A stretch of DNA of 33,947 nt from a virus (taxonomy: Duplodnaviria; Caudoviricetes), in IMG/VR virus record IMGVR_UViG_3300035548_000648, positions 1 to 33,947 of that record; one strand, given 5' to 3'. Under the pieces are notes generated by a model, which was not told the origin of the DNA, made no database searches, and worked only from the letters and a program-made list of their open reading frames with translations. Positions 16,025 through 24,447 of the stretch are shown one piece after another (positions within the stretch are counted from its first letter, which is position 1; each line of letters begins with the position of its first letter). The position numbers and the translations under genes are program-made.

Positions 16025-17745
16025 TGTGGAAGCGACTCGTACTTGTGGGGCTTTTGATGAGTAGCCTTTTTACCTACCGCCAGTATGCCCAGGATGTTGC
16101 AAGCGGGAAGATCGTTACCTGCAGGTGGGTGAAGCTTGCCGTGGCCAGGTGGGAGAAGGACCTCTTACGGCAGAATACTCCGGAGTTCCCCTACTACTTT
16201 GATGAGAAATGTGCCAACAGGTATATCAGCTTTGCCCAGGAGCTTGAGCACACGCAAGGCTTCAGCGGGAAGATCGTACTTGAACCCTGGCAACAGTTTG
16301 CCTGGGCGAACATCTTCGGATGGAAAAGTACGGCCACGGGCCTGAGGAGGTTTCGAAAGGCATACCGGGAGGTAGCAAGGAAGAACGGGAAGACGGTCGA
16401 AGGGGCTGCAATGATGAACGCCTGCTTCCACCTCGATAAAGAGATCGGGGCCGAAGAGTTCTTTCTGGCGGTGGACCGGAACCAGGCGAAGAAAGGCTAT
16501 GACGAGGCGGTACGGCAGAACCTTCGGAATCCTACGCTATCGCGGCTTACCAAGGAGTACCGATCCTCAAAACGCCTTGTAAAGATCAATGATCCTGCGG
16601 CCTTCATGACTCCGGTCTCAAGAGATCACAAGAGTCAGGACTCATGGAACCCTCACGCGATCTTAGTGGATGAGTACCATGCCCACGCGACCAATGAGCT
16701 GATCAACGTGTATGAGTCGGGCATGGGAGCCAGGCGTCAGCCCTTAACGATCATCATTACCACGGCCGGGACGAACATCAACGGGCCTGCCTATCAGGAA
16801 GAGCGTACGCTCGTTACCAAGATCCTTGAAGGAAGTATCGAGCCGGTTCCGGAACACATCTGGGGGATCATCTACAGCCTGGATGAGGGGGACAGGTGGG
16901 AAGATCCTGCGGTGTGGATCAAAAGCAATCCGAACATGGGAGTGAGCTTTTACCGCGACTACCTTGAAAAGCGTATTGCAGAGGCCAAGGGCTCGCCCCG
17001 GAAAGCCAGCGATGTACTGACCAAGAACTTCAATATCTGGCTTTCAAGTCCCACTCGGTGGATGGATCACTCGGTATGGATGCGGGGAAGCGCCCCTGTT
17101 GCCAGCGAAGAGCTTGTAGGCTCTGGCGCCCGTGGCGGGCTTGATCTATCGATGACAACAGATATCACGGCCCTGTGTTGGGCCTTTGGAGAGCGGGACG
17201 GAAGGTATCCGCTACTCTGGCGATTTTTTATCCCTGAGGAAGGATTACTTGATCGCTGTCACCGTGATCAGGTTGACTACCGGTCGTGGATCAATGAGGG
17301 GTGGATGATCGCAACACCGGGACAGACGGTCAACTACGAGATCGTGTTAGAGGTCTTGCGGCAGGATGCGAACACCTTCGGCGGCCGGTCGATCGGATAC
17401 GATCCGTGGCATGCCGGAGAGTTTGAGCGGGAACTTGAGGGAGAGATCGAGCTTGTCAAATATCCTCAGCGGTATTCGGGGATGACGGTTCCCACTCAGC
17501 TGTTTGAGCGGATGGTGATCGACGGGAAGATCGCCCACGGAGACAACCCGGTTGCCTCCTGGATGATGAGCAATGTGGAGCTGAAGGACGACCGGCAGGG
17601 AAACATCATGCCCATGAAGCCGAAGCGGGATGCCTACGGCAAGAGGATCGACGGGATCGTGGCTGCCATCATGGCGCTTCACCAGGTGGTTGAAAACGGA
17701 TCAGACGGATCGGTATACGACAGCCAGGAGGTCCTTGTCCTATGA
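16021..17745 (+). CDS. terL: Terminase large subunit
   Basis: LEPWQ, Walker A ARKNGKT, Walker B ILVDEYH, ITTAG, nuclease GLDLS, RIDGIVA. The start could instead be 16057. Confidence 0.96.
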   Translation: MMWKRLVLVGLLMSSLFTYRQYAQDVASGKIVTCRWVKLAVARWEKDLLRQNTPEFPYYFDEKCANRYISFAQELEHTQGFSGKIVLEPWQQFAWANIFGWKSTATGLRRFRKAYREVARKNGKTVEGAAMMNACFHLDKEIGAEEFFLAVDRNQAKKGYDEAVRQNLRNPTLSRLTKEYRSSKRLVKINDPAAFMTPVSRDHKSQDSWNPHAILVDEYHAHATNELINVYESGMGARRQPLTIIITTAGTNINGPAYQEERTLVTKILEGSIEPVPEHIWGIIYSLDEGDRWEDPAVWIKSNPNMGVSFYRDYLEKRIAEAKGSPRKASDVLTKNFNIWLSSPTRWMDHSVWMRGSAPVASEELVGSGARGGLDLSMTTDITALCWAFGERDGRYPLLWRFFIPEEGLLDRCHRDQVDYRSWINEGWMIATPGQTVNYEIVLEVLRQDANTFGGRSIGYDPWHAGEFERELEGEIELVKYPQRYSGMTVPTQLFERMVIDGKIAHGDNPVASWMMSNVELKDDRQGNIMPMKPKRDAYGKRIDGIVAAIMALHQVVENGSDGSVYDSQEVLVL

Positions 17746-19358
17746 GGTTTTTTAGAGGCCTTCATGGTGCCATCGGAGGGTTGAAAGCGCTTGCCGAGAT
17801 GCGGGGAAGCCTTGAGAATCCGGAAATCCCTCTGTCCTCCCCTGAGGTTGTTTCCTACTTTGAGGGGGAGCCGACCAGTACGGGCGTTGCGGTCAACGAG
17901 AAGAGCGCCATGGGCGTTGCTTCGGTGCTTGCCTGTGTGCGGGTCCTCTCTGAATCGGTGGGCTCCCTTTCCCTTGAGACCTACCGAAGGACGGGAAACG
18001 GTGGGAAGATGCGGGCAACAGATCACCCGGCTTACCGGATACTCAAGGTACGGCCGAATCCCTTTATGAGCGGGATCAACTACCGCGAGCTTGCCATGAA
18101 GCAGCTTGTCATGCGGGGAAACCACTATGCGGAAATCGAGTTCGACCGTGACGGGTATCCGGTTGCACTCTGGCCTCTTGCCCCTGAACAGACCACGGTC
18201 GTTTACACCGAGCGGCAGTCAATCGTCTATGTGACCACAATTGGAAACCAGCGCATCGGCCTTCCTTCGTACCGGGTCCTGCACATCTCAGCCCTTGGGG
18301 ACGGCATCAAAGGCCGGGGACTGCTTGACTACTCAAAAGAAACGGTGGGATATGCAGCAGCTCTTGACCGGTATGAAGGGACCTTTTTCTCAAACGGTGC
18401 CCATCCTTCGGGCTTCTTGAGTCACCCGTCAAAGCTCACACCTGAGGCAAAGACCAGATTAAAAACTGCATGGCAGATGGCCTATGGAGGGCTTTCGAAT
18501 GCACACCGCACCGCAGTGCTTGAGGAGGGGATCAAGTGGGAAAAGACCTCGGTAAGCCCTGAAGAGGCACAGGCGATTGAGGCAAGGAAGTTCACCCGAA
18601 GCGAAATTGCCGGAATCCTTCGAGTTCCCGCCCACTTCATCAACGACCTTGAGCATGCAACCTTCTCGAACATCGAACACCTGAACATTTCCTTTCTGGT
18701 CCACTCGCTTCGCCCCTGGCTTGTGCGCTTTGAGCAGGAGATGAACTACAAGCTTTTCGCCGGAGAGCCTGAGGTGTTTGTTGAGTTCAACTTTGACTCC
18801 CTGCTTCGTGGAGATAAGAAAAGCAGGGCCGAGGCTTTGGAGATCGAGAGGCGCAACGGCATTATCACACCGAACGAGTGGCGGCAGATGGAGAACAAGA
18901 ACCCGATCGAATCCGAATACGGCGACTCGTTTGTCGTGCAGATGAACAACGCCATGATCACCAAGGCAGGGGACGTTGTTCCGCTCTCCGCCCCTTCTGC
19001 AGGAAGTCAGGAGCGAGGAGAACAGAAAGCGGCCAGGGAGATTGCCCTAGAGTATCTGCGCTCCACGGTGAGCCGGATTGCACGGCGGGAGGCGCGAAGC
19101 CTTTCGGCCTGGATGAAAAAGAGCGAGATGCAAGTGGTAGGCGATGCGGAAGCGGTACGGGCCTTTTATGAGGATGAGGGGAAAAGCTTCGTCGAACAGC
19201 TCTCTGCCGTAGAGCCTTCATTACAGCGTGCAGGGCTTTGCTTTGAGGCTGAAGGCTATACGGAGCGCTCCATACGGCTGTTTGACTCAGGCGGCCTTGA
19301 GGATTGGGAGGCCCGGAGGCTTGAGGCCGAAATCAGATCATTAGGAGATGAGGGATGA
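17742..19358 (+). CDS. Portal protein, HK97 family, with C-terminal extension
   Basis: VLACVRVLSESVGSL, RPNPFM, FFSNGAHPSG, EIAGILRVP, TFSNIE, TPNEWR. Confidence 0.95.
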   Translation: MRFFRGLHGAIGGLKALAEMRGSLENPEIPLSSPEVVSYFEGEPTSTGVAVNEKSAMGVASVLACVRVLSESVGSLSLETYRRTGNGGKMRATDHPAYRILKVRPNPFMSGINYRELAMKQLVMRGNHYAEIEFDRDGYPVALWPLAPEQTTVVYTERQSIVYVTTIGNQRIGLPSYRVLHISALGDGIKGRGLLDYSKETVGYAAALDRYEGTFFSNGAHPSGFLSHPSKLTPEAKTRLKTAWQMAYGGLSNAHRTAVLEEGIKWEKTSVSPEEAQAIEARKFTRSEIAGILRVPAHFINDLEHATFSNIEHLNISFLVHSLRPWLVRFEQEMNYKLFAGEPEVFVEFNFDSLLRGDKKSRAEALEIERRNGIITPNEWRQMENKNPIESEYGDSFVVQMNNAMITKAGDVVPLSAPSAGSQERGEQKAAREIALEYLRSTVSRIARREARSLSAWMKKSEMQVVGDAEAVRAFYEDEGKSFVEQLSAVEPSLQRAGLCFEAEGYTERSIRLFDSGGLEDWEARRLEAEIRSLGDEG

Positions 19359-20062
19359 TAAAGCATGACGTATTGACCTTTCCCGTTGAGCTGAGAAGCA
19401 GGCAGGAAGGAGAAGAGAGTCGGAAGATCGTGGGACGTCCTGCGGTCTACAACCAGCTTTCGGAGGACCTCGGGGGCTTTCGGGAGAAGATCAATCCCGG
19501 AGCTTTTACCAAGACCTTGAGTGAGAGCAACGTGAAAGCCCTGTGGAACCACGACAACAACTATGTCCTGGGCTCACGGAAGGCCGGGACCCTGTCCATT
19601 ATCGAGGACTCGGACGGGCTTTCCTTTGAGGCATCTCCTCCCGATACCCAGTGGGCACGGGACTTCATGCTTTCGGTTGAGCGTGGGGATGTGGACCAGA
19701 TGTCCTTCAGGTTTCGCACCATACGGGACAAGTGGATCAAGGACGAGAACAACCGGCTGGTCCGGGAGCTGGTGGAAGTGCAGCTGATTGAAGTATCACC
19801 GGTGACCTTCCCGGCTTATCCGCAGACCTCCGTTGACCTCAGATCGATGGGACTTGATTTCGATCCGGAGGAGCTACAGGACCTTACCTTGAGGTCGGTA
19901 TCAGGGGATATCAGCGAAGAGGAGCGACAGAAACTTGAACGTATCGGCAGCAAGATCGAAGAGCTAACCGCGCCGGCTACGAGCCACCCGGAAGAGAGTA
20001 AGCGGTCTGAGGCTGATTGCAACTATACAGAGCGCGAGAAGATGCTCGGCATGCTCATGTAA
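19355..20062 (+). CDS. Prohead protease, HK97 family
   Basis: FREKINPGAF, ALWNHD, QMSFRF, EVSPVTFPAYPQT. Confidence 0.95.
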   Translation: MIKHDVLTFPVELRSRQEGEESRKIVGRPAVYNQLSEDLGGFREKINPGAFTKTLSESNVKALWNHDNNYVLGSRKAGTLSIIEDSDGLSFEASPPDTQWARDFMLSVERGDVDQMSFRFRTIRDKWIKDENNRLVRELVEVQLIEVSPVTFPAYPQTSVDLRSMGLDFDPEELQDLTLRSVSGDISEEERQKLERIGSKIEELTAPATSHPEESKRSEADCNYTEREKMLGMLM

Positions 20063-20076
20063 GGAGATAAAACACT

Positions 20077-21327
20077 ATGGCACAGAGATTCGACAAGATT
20101 GTTGAGATGAGGAAGAAACGCAAAACCCTGTGGGAAGAGACGAGGAAATACCGCGAAGAAAAAGAAGCGGCGAACGAAGACGGAAAGCTCACCTCAGAAG
20201 AGCTTCGCTCGTACAACGAGCGGCTTGACGGGGTTGAAAAGCTTACCGGCGACATTGAGGCAGCCGAACGGGAGCTTGCCATTGAAGAGCGGATGCTCGA
20301 AGAGGATGCCCGCAATAAGGATGAGGGCAGGCAGCAGGAAGAGAAACACGATACCTATCGATCTGCCTTTGATTCCTACCTTCGTAACGGCCTTTCCGGG
20401 GTGAGCGCTGAGCACCGCTCCATTCTCATGGAGCACCACAAAGAGGTTGAAGGCCGTGCTTTGAGTGTGGGGACCGACAGCACCGGAGGGTATACGGTGC
20501 CCGATGAAATGGCCTCGGGGATTGTGGATGCCATGAAACAGTTCAACGGTCCCCGTCAGAGCCGGGCCGAGGTGATCACCACCACCAACGGCCGTGACAT
20601 ACAGATTCCGACGGGAAACGATACCGAGAACGTGGGGGAAATTCTCTCGGAGAACACGGCTGCGAGCGAGAAGGATCTGACATTCGGATCGAAAAACCTG
20701 TATGCCTATATGTTCTCATCGAAAATCATCCGGGTGAGCTATCAGCTGTTGCAGGACTCCGGTGTTGATATCGAGGCGTACCTGCGGGCCAAGATTGCCG
20801 AGCGTATCGGCCGGGCCACCTCCGCCTACTTTACCACGGGAACCGGAAGCGAGCAGCCTCAGGGCATTGTCACAGGCTCGGTACTCGGAAAGACCGCAGC
20901 AGCTGCGGGAGCCCTTTCCTACGATGAGGTCATTGATCTCATTCACTCGATTGATCCTTCCTACCGGCTGAATGCGGAACTTATGTTCAACGACGGTACG
21001 CTCAAGGCTTTCAAGAAACTCAAAGACAGCCAGGGCCGGCCCTTGTGGCTTCCCGGTATTGCGCTTAGAGAACCCGATACGATCAACGGGTACAAGTACA
21101 TCATCAACCAGAACATGGCGGGGATGGAAGCCGGAGAAAAAGCGGTGCTGTTCGGAGATATGTCGGCCTTCAAGATTCGGGATGTAACAGGCGGCATCAT
21201 TCTGCGTTTGACCGAGCGGTACGCCGAGTATGCCCAGGTTGGGTTTATCGCGTTCTTCCGCCACGGTTCGCTGTTGGTTGATGCAGGGACGCATCCGATC
21301 AAACACCTTGCAATGGCGACGGCATAG
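20077..21327 (+). CDS. Major capsid protein, HK97 fold, with coiled-coil delta domain
   Basis: GGYTVP, VSYQLLQDS, KLKDSQGRPLW, VLFGD. Confidence 0.96.
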   Translation: MAQRFDKIVEMRKKRKTLWEETRKYREEKEAANEDGKLTSEELRSYNERLDGVEKLTGDIEAAERELAIEERMLEEDARNKDEGRQQEEKHDTYRSAFDSYLRNGLSGVSAEHRSILMEHHKEVEGRALSVGTDSTGGYTVPDEMASGIVDAMKQFNGPRQSRAEVITTTNGRDIQIPTGNDTENVGEILSENTAASEKDLTFGSKNLYAYMFSSKIIRVSYQLLQDSGVDIEAYLRAKIAERIGRATSAYFTTGTGSEQPQGIVTGSVLGKTAAAAGALSYDEVIDLIHSIDPSYRLNAELMFNDGTLKAFKKLKDSQGRPLWLPGIALREPDTINGYKYIINQNMAGMEAGEKAVLFGDMSAFKIRDVTGGIILRLTERYAEYAQVGFIAFFRHGSLLVDAGTHPIKHLAMATA

Positions 21328-21338
21328 AGCCCCTTTGG

Positions 21339-21363
21339 CAAGCCGGAAGGCATCCGGCTTGCA
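21339..21363 (+). terminator. Stem-loop after the capsid gene (no T tract)
   Basis: gcaagccgga-aggca-tccggcttgc, a perfect 10-bp stem. Confidence 0.5.
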
Positions 21364-21385
21364 AGGTAGGAAAAGGAGAGAAGAT

Positions 21386-21694
21386 TTGAAAGCCATTGAA
21401 GTATTGGTTTCGGTTGTCGGGAAGGATTTCTCGTACATACCGGGGAAGGTTTCGGCCCCGGATGACGTTGCAAAGGACCTGGTAGGTGCGGGCCATGCGA
21501 AATTCCTTGATGAAAAGGGTGTTGAAACAAACGAGGAAACTATTGAGACGGTGAAGCTTGATGAGCTTGACAAGAGTGGTCTTGTCGACCTTGCCGCCCA
21601 GCTGAAGGTGGGAGCTCCCTCCACCCTTGAACGGTGGGGAGAGGATAGGCTGAAAGCTGCGATCAGCGAGGCAGCTGCAAAGGGCCAGGCGTAA
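21386..21694 (+). CDS. Hypothetical head-associated protein with a C-terminal helix-extension-helix-like domain
   Basis: AAGGAG RBS before TTG at 21386; LDELDKSGLVDLAAQL...LKAAI. Confidence 0.6.
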   Translation: MKAIEVLVSVVGKDFSYIPGKVSAPDDVAKDLVGAGHAKFLDEKGVETNEETIETVKLDELDKSGLVDLAAQLKVGAPSTLERWGEDRLKAAISEAAAKGQA

Positions 21695-21697
21695 GAG

Positions 21698-22255
21698 ATG
21701 AATACCTTGACGACATGGGAGGCTGTGAAGAAGCGGCTTGATCTTGAGGATGGCCAGGAGAATGAGGCAGAAGGCCTTATCGCCGTGGCATCCCGGCGGG
21801 CAGAAACCTACACAAGCAGAAAGCTTTCAGCAGACGACCATGTTGTCATTTTATCGGGAACCGGCAGCCGGACGCTGCAATTACCGCAATATCCGATCCT
21901 GAGTGTTACGGGCGTGTGGCTTGATACCTGGGGAGTCTTTGACCCTGGGACTGAGCTTACTGAGTACACACGGGATGATGAGACCGGCCGGCTGTTTTGC
22001 CGTTCGCTTTGGATGCGTGGCTTTCGCAATATCAAGGTGTCCTACCGTGCTGGGTATGAGGAAGGATCTATCCCTGAAGACCTGGAGGAGTCGGTGATAC
22101 AGCTGGTGGGCTACTGGCTTGGTTCTCAGGGTATCAGCTGGCTGGATAAGGGGAATGCAGTAAGTGGGGAGTATCAAACCATGTATGTGGGGGTGATGGA
22201 CCTGCCCTTTCAGGTCAGAAACGTGTGGGACGCCTACCGTGAGGTGTCGGTATGA
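21698..22255 (+). CDS. Head-tail adaptor (gp6/gp15-like)
   Basis: LTTWEAVKKRL, AETYTSR, LPQYPI, YRAGY...PEDLEE. Confidence 0.85.
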   Translation: MNTLTTWEAVKKRLDLEDGQENEAEGLIAVASRRAETYTSRKLSADDHVVILSGTGSRTLQLPQYPILSVTGVWLDTWGVFDPGTELTEYTRDDETGRLFCRSLWMRGFRNIKVSYRAGYEEGSIPEDLEESVIQLVGYWLGSQGISWLDKGNAVSGEYQTMYVGVMDLPFQVRNVWDAYREVSV

Positions 22256-22677
22256 GCTGGGCGAAGCGGAGCAGCAGTGGCCAGAGAAGTACGGTCAGAC
22301 GACGGAAGACCGTGCGCTCATATGCAGGGCTTACCATCTCGGCTGCCGGGAACACGATCGGGCCGCTGACCGAGAAGGCCTATGAGTGTGCCCTCGGGTT
22401 TCTCGATAAACGGGTGACCGAAAGGAAAGGAGAGCTTCGTGAGGGGATGGGCTATGACGTGAAAGGCCTTACCGGAGCGGTAAAAAACAGCGATCCAAAA
22501 GCCCACCTTATCGAGTACGGAACAGAGGAAAGGACGACAAAGACAGGAGCGAACCGTGGCCGAGTGAAACCTCGTTCCTTCATGCGGGCGGGGAAGAACA
22601 AGGCCCTGAGGGAGATACGGAAGATCTGGAAAGAAGGATTGAGGAAGGCGCTTGATGAGCAGAGCACCGGAAGTTGA
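22252..22677 (+). CDS. HK97 gp10-like neck/tail protein
   Basis: KGELR...AHLIEYGT...KPRSFMR. Confidence 0.8.
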   Translation: MSWAKRSSSGQRSTVRRRKTVRSYAGLTISAAGNTIGPLTEKAYECALGFLDKRVTERKGELREGMGYDVKGLTGAVKNSDPKAHLIEYGTEERTTKTGANRGRVKPRSFMRAGKNKALREIRKIWKEGLRKALDEQSTGS

Positions 22678-23053
22678 GATCACAGAGCAGCTTCGAGCCG
22701 ACACGGCCCTCATGGAGAGGATCAAAGCGATCTATGACAGTGAGAGCAGAATGGCGTTGAAGATACCGTACCTGGTGGTGAGCCTTGTGAGCGACACGAA
22801 TGAGAAGGTGTATCTCTCATACTACGGGGGATCAGCTGCCATACAGATCGATATCTATGCAAAGGATGAGAGAAGCTCTGACCTCAGGGCCCTTGTCAAA
22901 GATGCGGTTCGAAGGATTCGCGGGGTATCGGGGGCCTTGAAGTTCTCCTCGGTGGTTGTCACGGGAGATGCGTTTCTCGGTATTGCCCCCAATGGGCTCT
23001 ACCGCTGGATGGTGGAGATCAGGGCGGATTACACGGAAGAAGGAGAAGGATGA
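22655..23053 (+). CDS. Tail terminator/completion protein (DUF3168-like)
   Basis: PYLVV, IQIDIYA; located before the major tail gene. Confidence 0.75.
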   Translation: MSRAPEVEITEQLRADTALMERIKAIYDSESRMALKIPYLVVSLVSDTNEKVYLSYYGGSAAIQIDIYAKDERSSDLRALVKDAVRRIRGVSGALKFSSVVVTGDAFLGIAPNGLYRWMVEIRADYTEEGEG

Positions 23054-23054
23054 T

Positions 23055-23747
23055 ATGGAAAAAGACAGACTTGTAGGAAGTGACGGGAAGCTTGTCACTG
23101 TCAAACTGGACTCTGAGGTTACAGGCGACGGGACAAAGAGTCTTGATGAACTTGTAGGAGGAGAAGCTGCAAGCGGAGAAGGCGCCGGCTGGTGGAGTAT
23201 CACCGCTGTCGGCCAGACAAGCGCCTTTGCCTCTGTCCTAGAAAACGGCGAGTTGTTTTGGGACGACGGCTCCCTTGTGCCTGAGTTAGGAGATGCGTGT
23301 GCCTTTTTAGCGGAAAGTGAGAAGGCTGATATCCAGAGCTTTTCGATTGATTTCAATAAAAATGAGATCGATGTGACCACCTTGAGTGACAAGGTCAAAC
23401 GCTACCGATCAGGGAAAACGGATATGACAGGCGGCCTTGAAGGGCTTACTACCCTGGATGTTACCGATGCAGCCGGCTACGTCATCAACAACTTCATCAA
23501 GGTTATAAGGCAGTCGGCAAGTGGCACCATCATCAAAAACGATGTGGACGGCTCGCCGATCTACATCAAGGGCGTGATCCAGAAGTCAACGGATAAGGGA
23601 GAAAAGGAAGCCTTTATCTGGGCAAAGGTCATCATTCTTTCTTCCAGCCTTGGGGCCTCGGGAGAAGATGCACAGAACTTTTCAAGTAGCTTTCGCATAG
23701 CACCGGGGGATCCGGATCCCACCCTGTACATAAGAGAGGCGGCATAA
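23055..23747 (+). CDS. Major tail tube protein
   Basis: NEIDVTTL...GKTD.TG pattern; RBS before ATG at 23055; position. Confidence 0.8.
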   Translation: MEKDRLVGSDGKLVTVKLDSEVTGDGTKSLDELVGGEAASGEGAGWWSITAVGQTSAFASVLENGELFWDDGSLVPELGDACAFLAESEKADIQSFSIDFNKNEIDVTTLSDKVKRYRSGKTDMTGGLEGLTTLDVTDAAGYVINNFIKVIRQSASGTIIKNDVDGSPIYIKGVIQKSTDKGEKEAFIWAKVIILSSSLGASGEDAQNFSSSFRIAPGDPDPTLYIREAA

Positions 23748-23749
23748 AG

Positions 23750-24151
23750 ATGGCGGAACCTATCACCATAGCCAGGGACGGGGTGTATATCCCTTCCTGG
23801 GGCAATAAGGGGCGAAAGAAGGATGAGCGAATAACGGTGCATTACCGGTTCCTCACCTTTGAAGAGGAAGAGCGGATCTATGCACGGGCACGTCGGGAAG
23901 CCGGGCCGGTACCTGATAAGAGTGATGAAGCGGCCTATGAAGGATGGTATGCCGACTATCTGACAATAGCGTGGGTACTTCGGGTAAAGAAGATGATTAC
24001 CGGTATTGATAATCTTGTCGTGTGCGTCGAGGGAAACCGTATTGAAGTGGACAGCGGAGAGCAGCTGTTCTCCGATCTACCCCTTGTTGCACTTGCAAGT
24101 GAGCTCATGCACGAGCTCAAGAGCCTGACTTCCGTTGATAAAAAAAAATAG
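23750..24151 (+). CDS. Tail assembly chaperone (gpG-like)
   Basis: Lies between tube and tape-measure genes and ends in an A9 slippery run. Confidence 0.75.
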   Translation: MAEPITIARDGVYIPSWGNKGRKKDERITVHYRFLTFEEEERIYARARREAGPVPDKSDEAAYEGWYADYLTIAWVLRVKKMITGIDNLVVCVEGNRIEVDSGEQLFSDLPLVALASELMHELKSLTSVDKKK

Positions 24152-24447
24152 CTCTTGGAATCGGGCTGTGGATGAAGGGCCAGAGCTCGCAGAAGGTGCG
24201 CCGGGAGATCGGGGACGGAAAGCTCGGCGTGGTGGTCGACGGAAGGCTGGTAACGATCCTGCGAAGTGAAGTGAACGAGTACCTTGATGACTGGTTTTGG
24301 AGTGCCTTCGGTCTGTGGTACCGCTATAAGCTTTTCGGCGCTCTTCCCTTCTCAGGGGGCTGGGCGGAATTACCGGCTTTCATCATCGAGATCATAGAAA
24401 CGGCGGAAGGTGCCTATAGGAACGGGTATGGGATCAACAGTAATTGA
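24148..24447 (+). CDS. gpT-like extension reached by -1 frameshift
   Basis: The -1 frame IALGIGLW continues into MKGQ...; LPFSGGWAELPA motif. Confidence 0.7.
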   Translation: MALGIGLWMKGQSSQKVRREIGDGKLGVVVDGRLVTILRSEVNEYLDDWFWSAFGLWYRYKLFGALPFSGGWAELPAFIIEIIETAEGAYRNGYGINSN

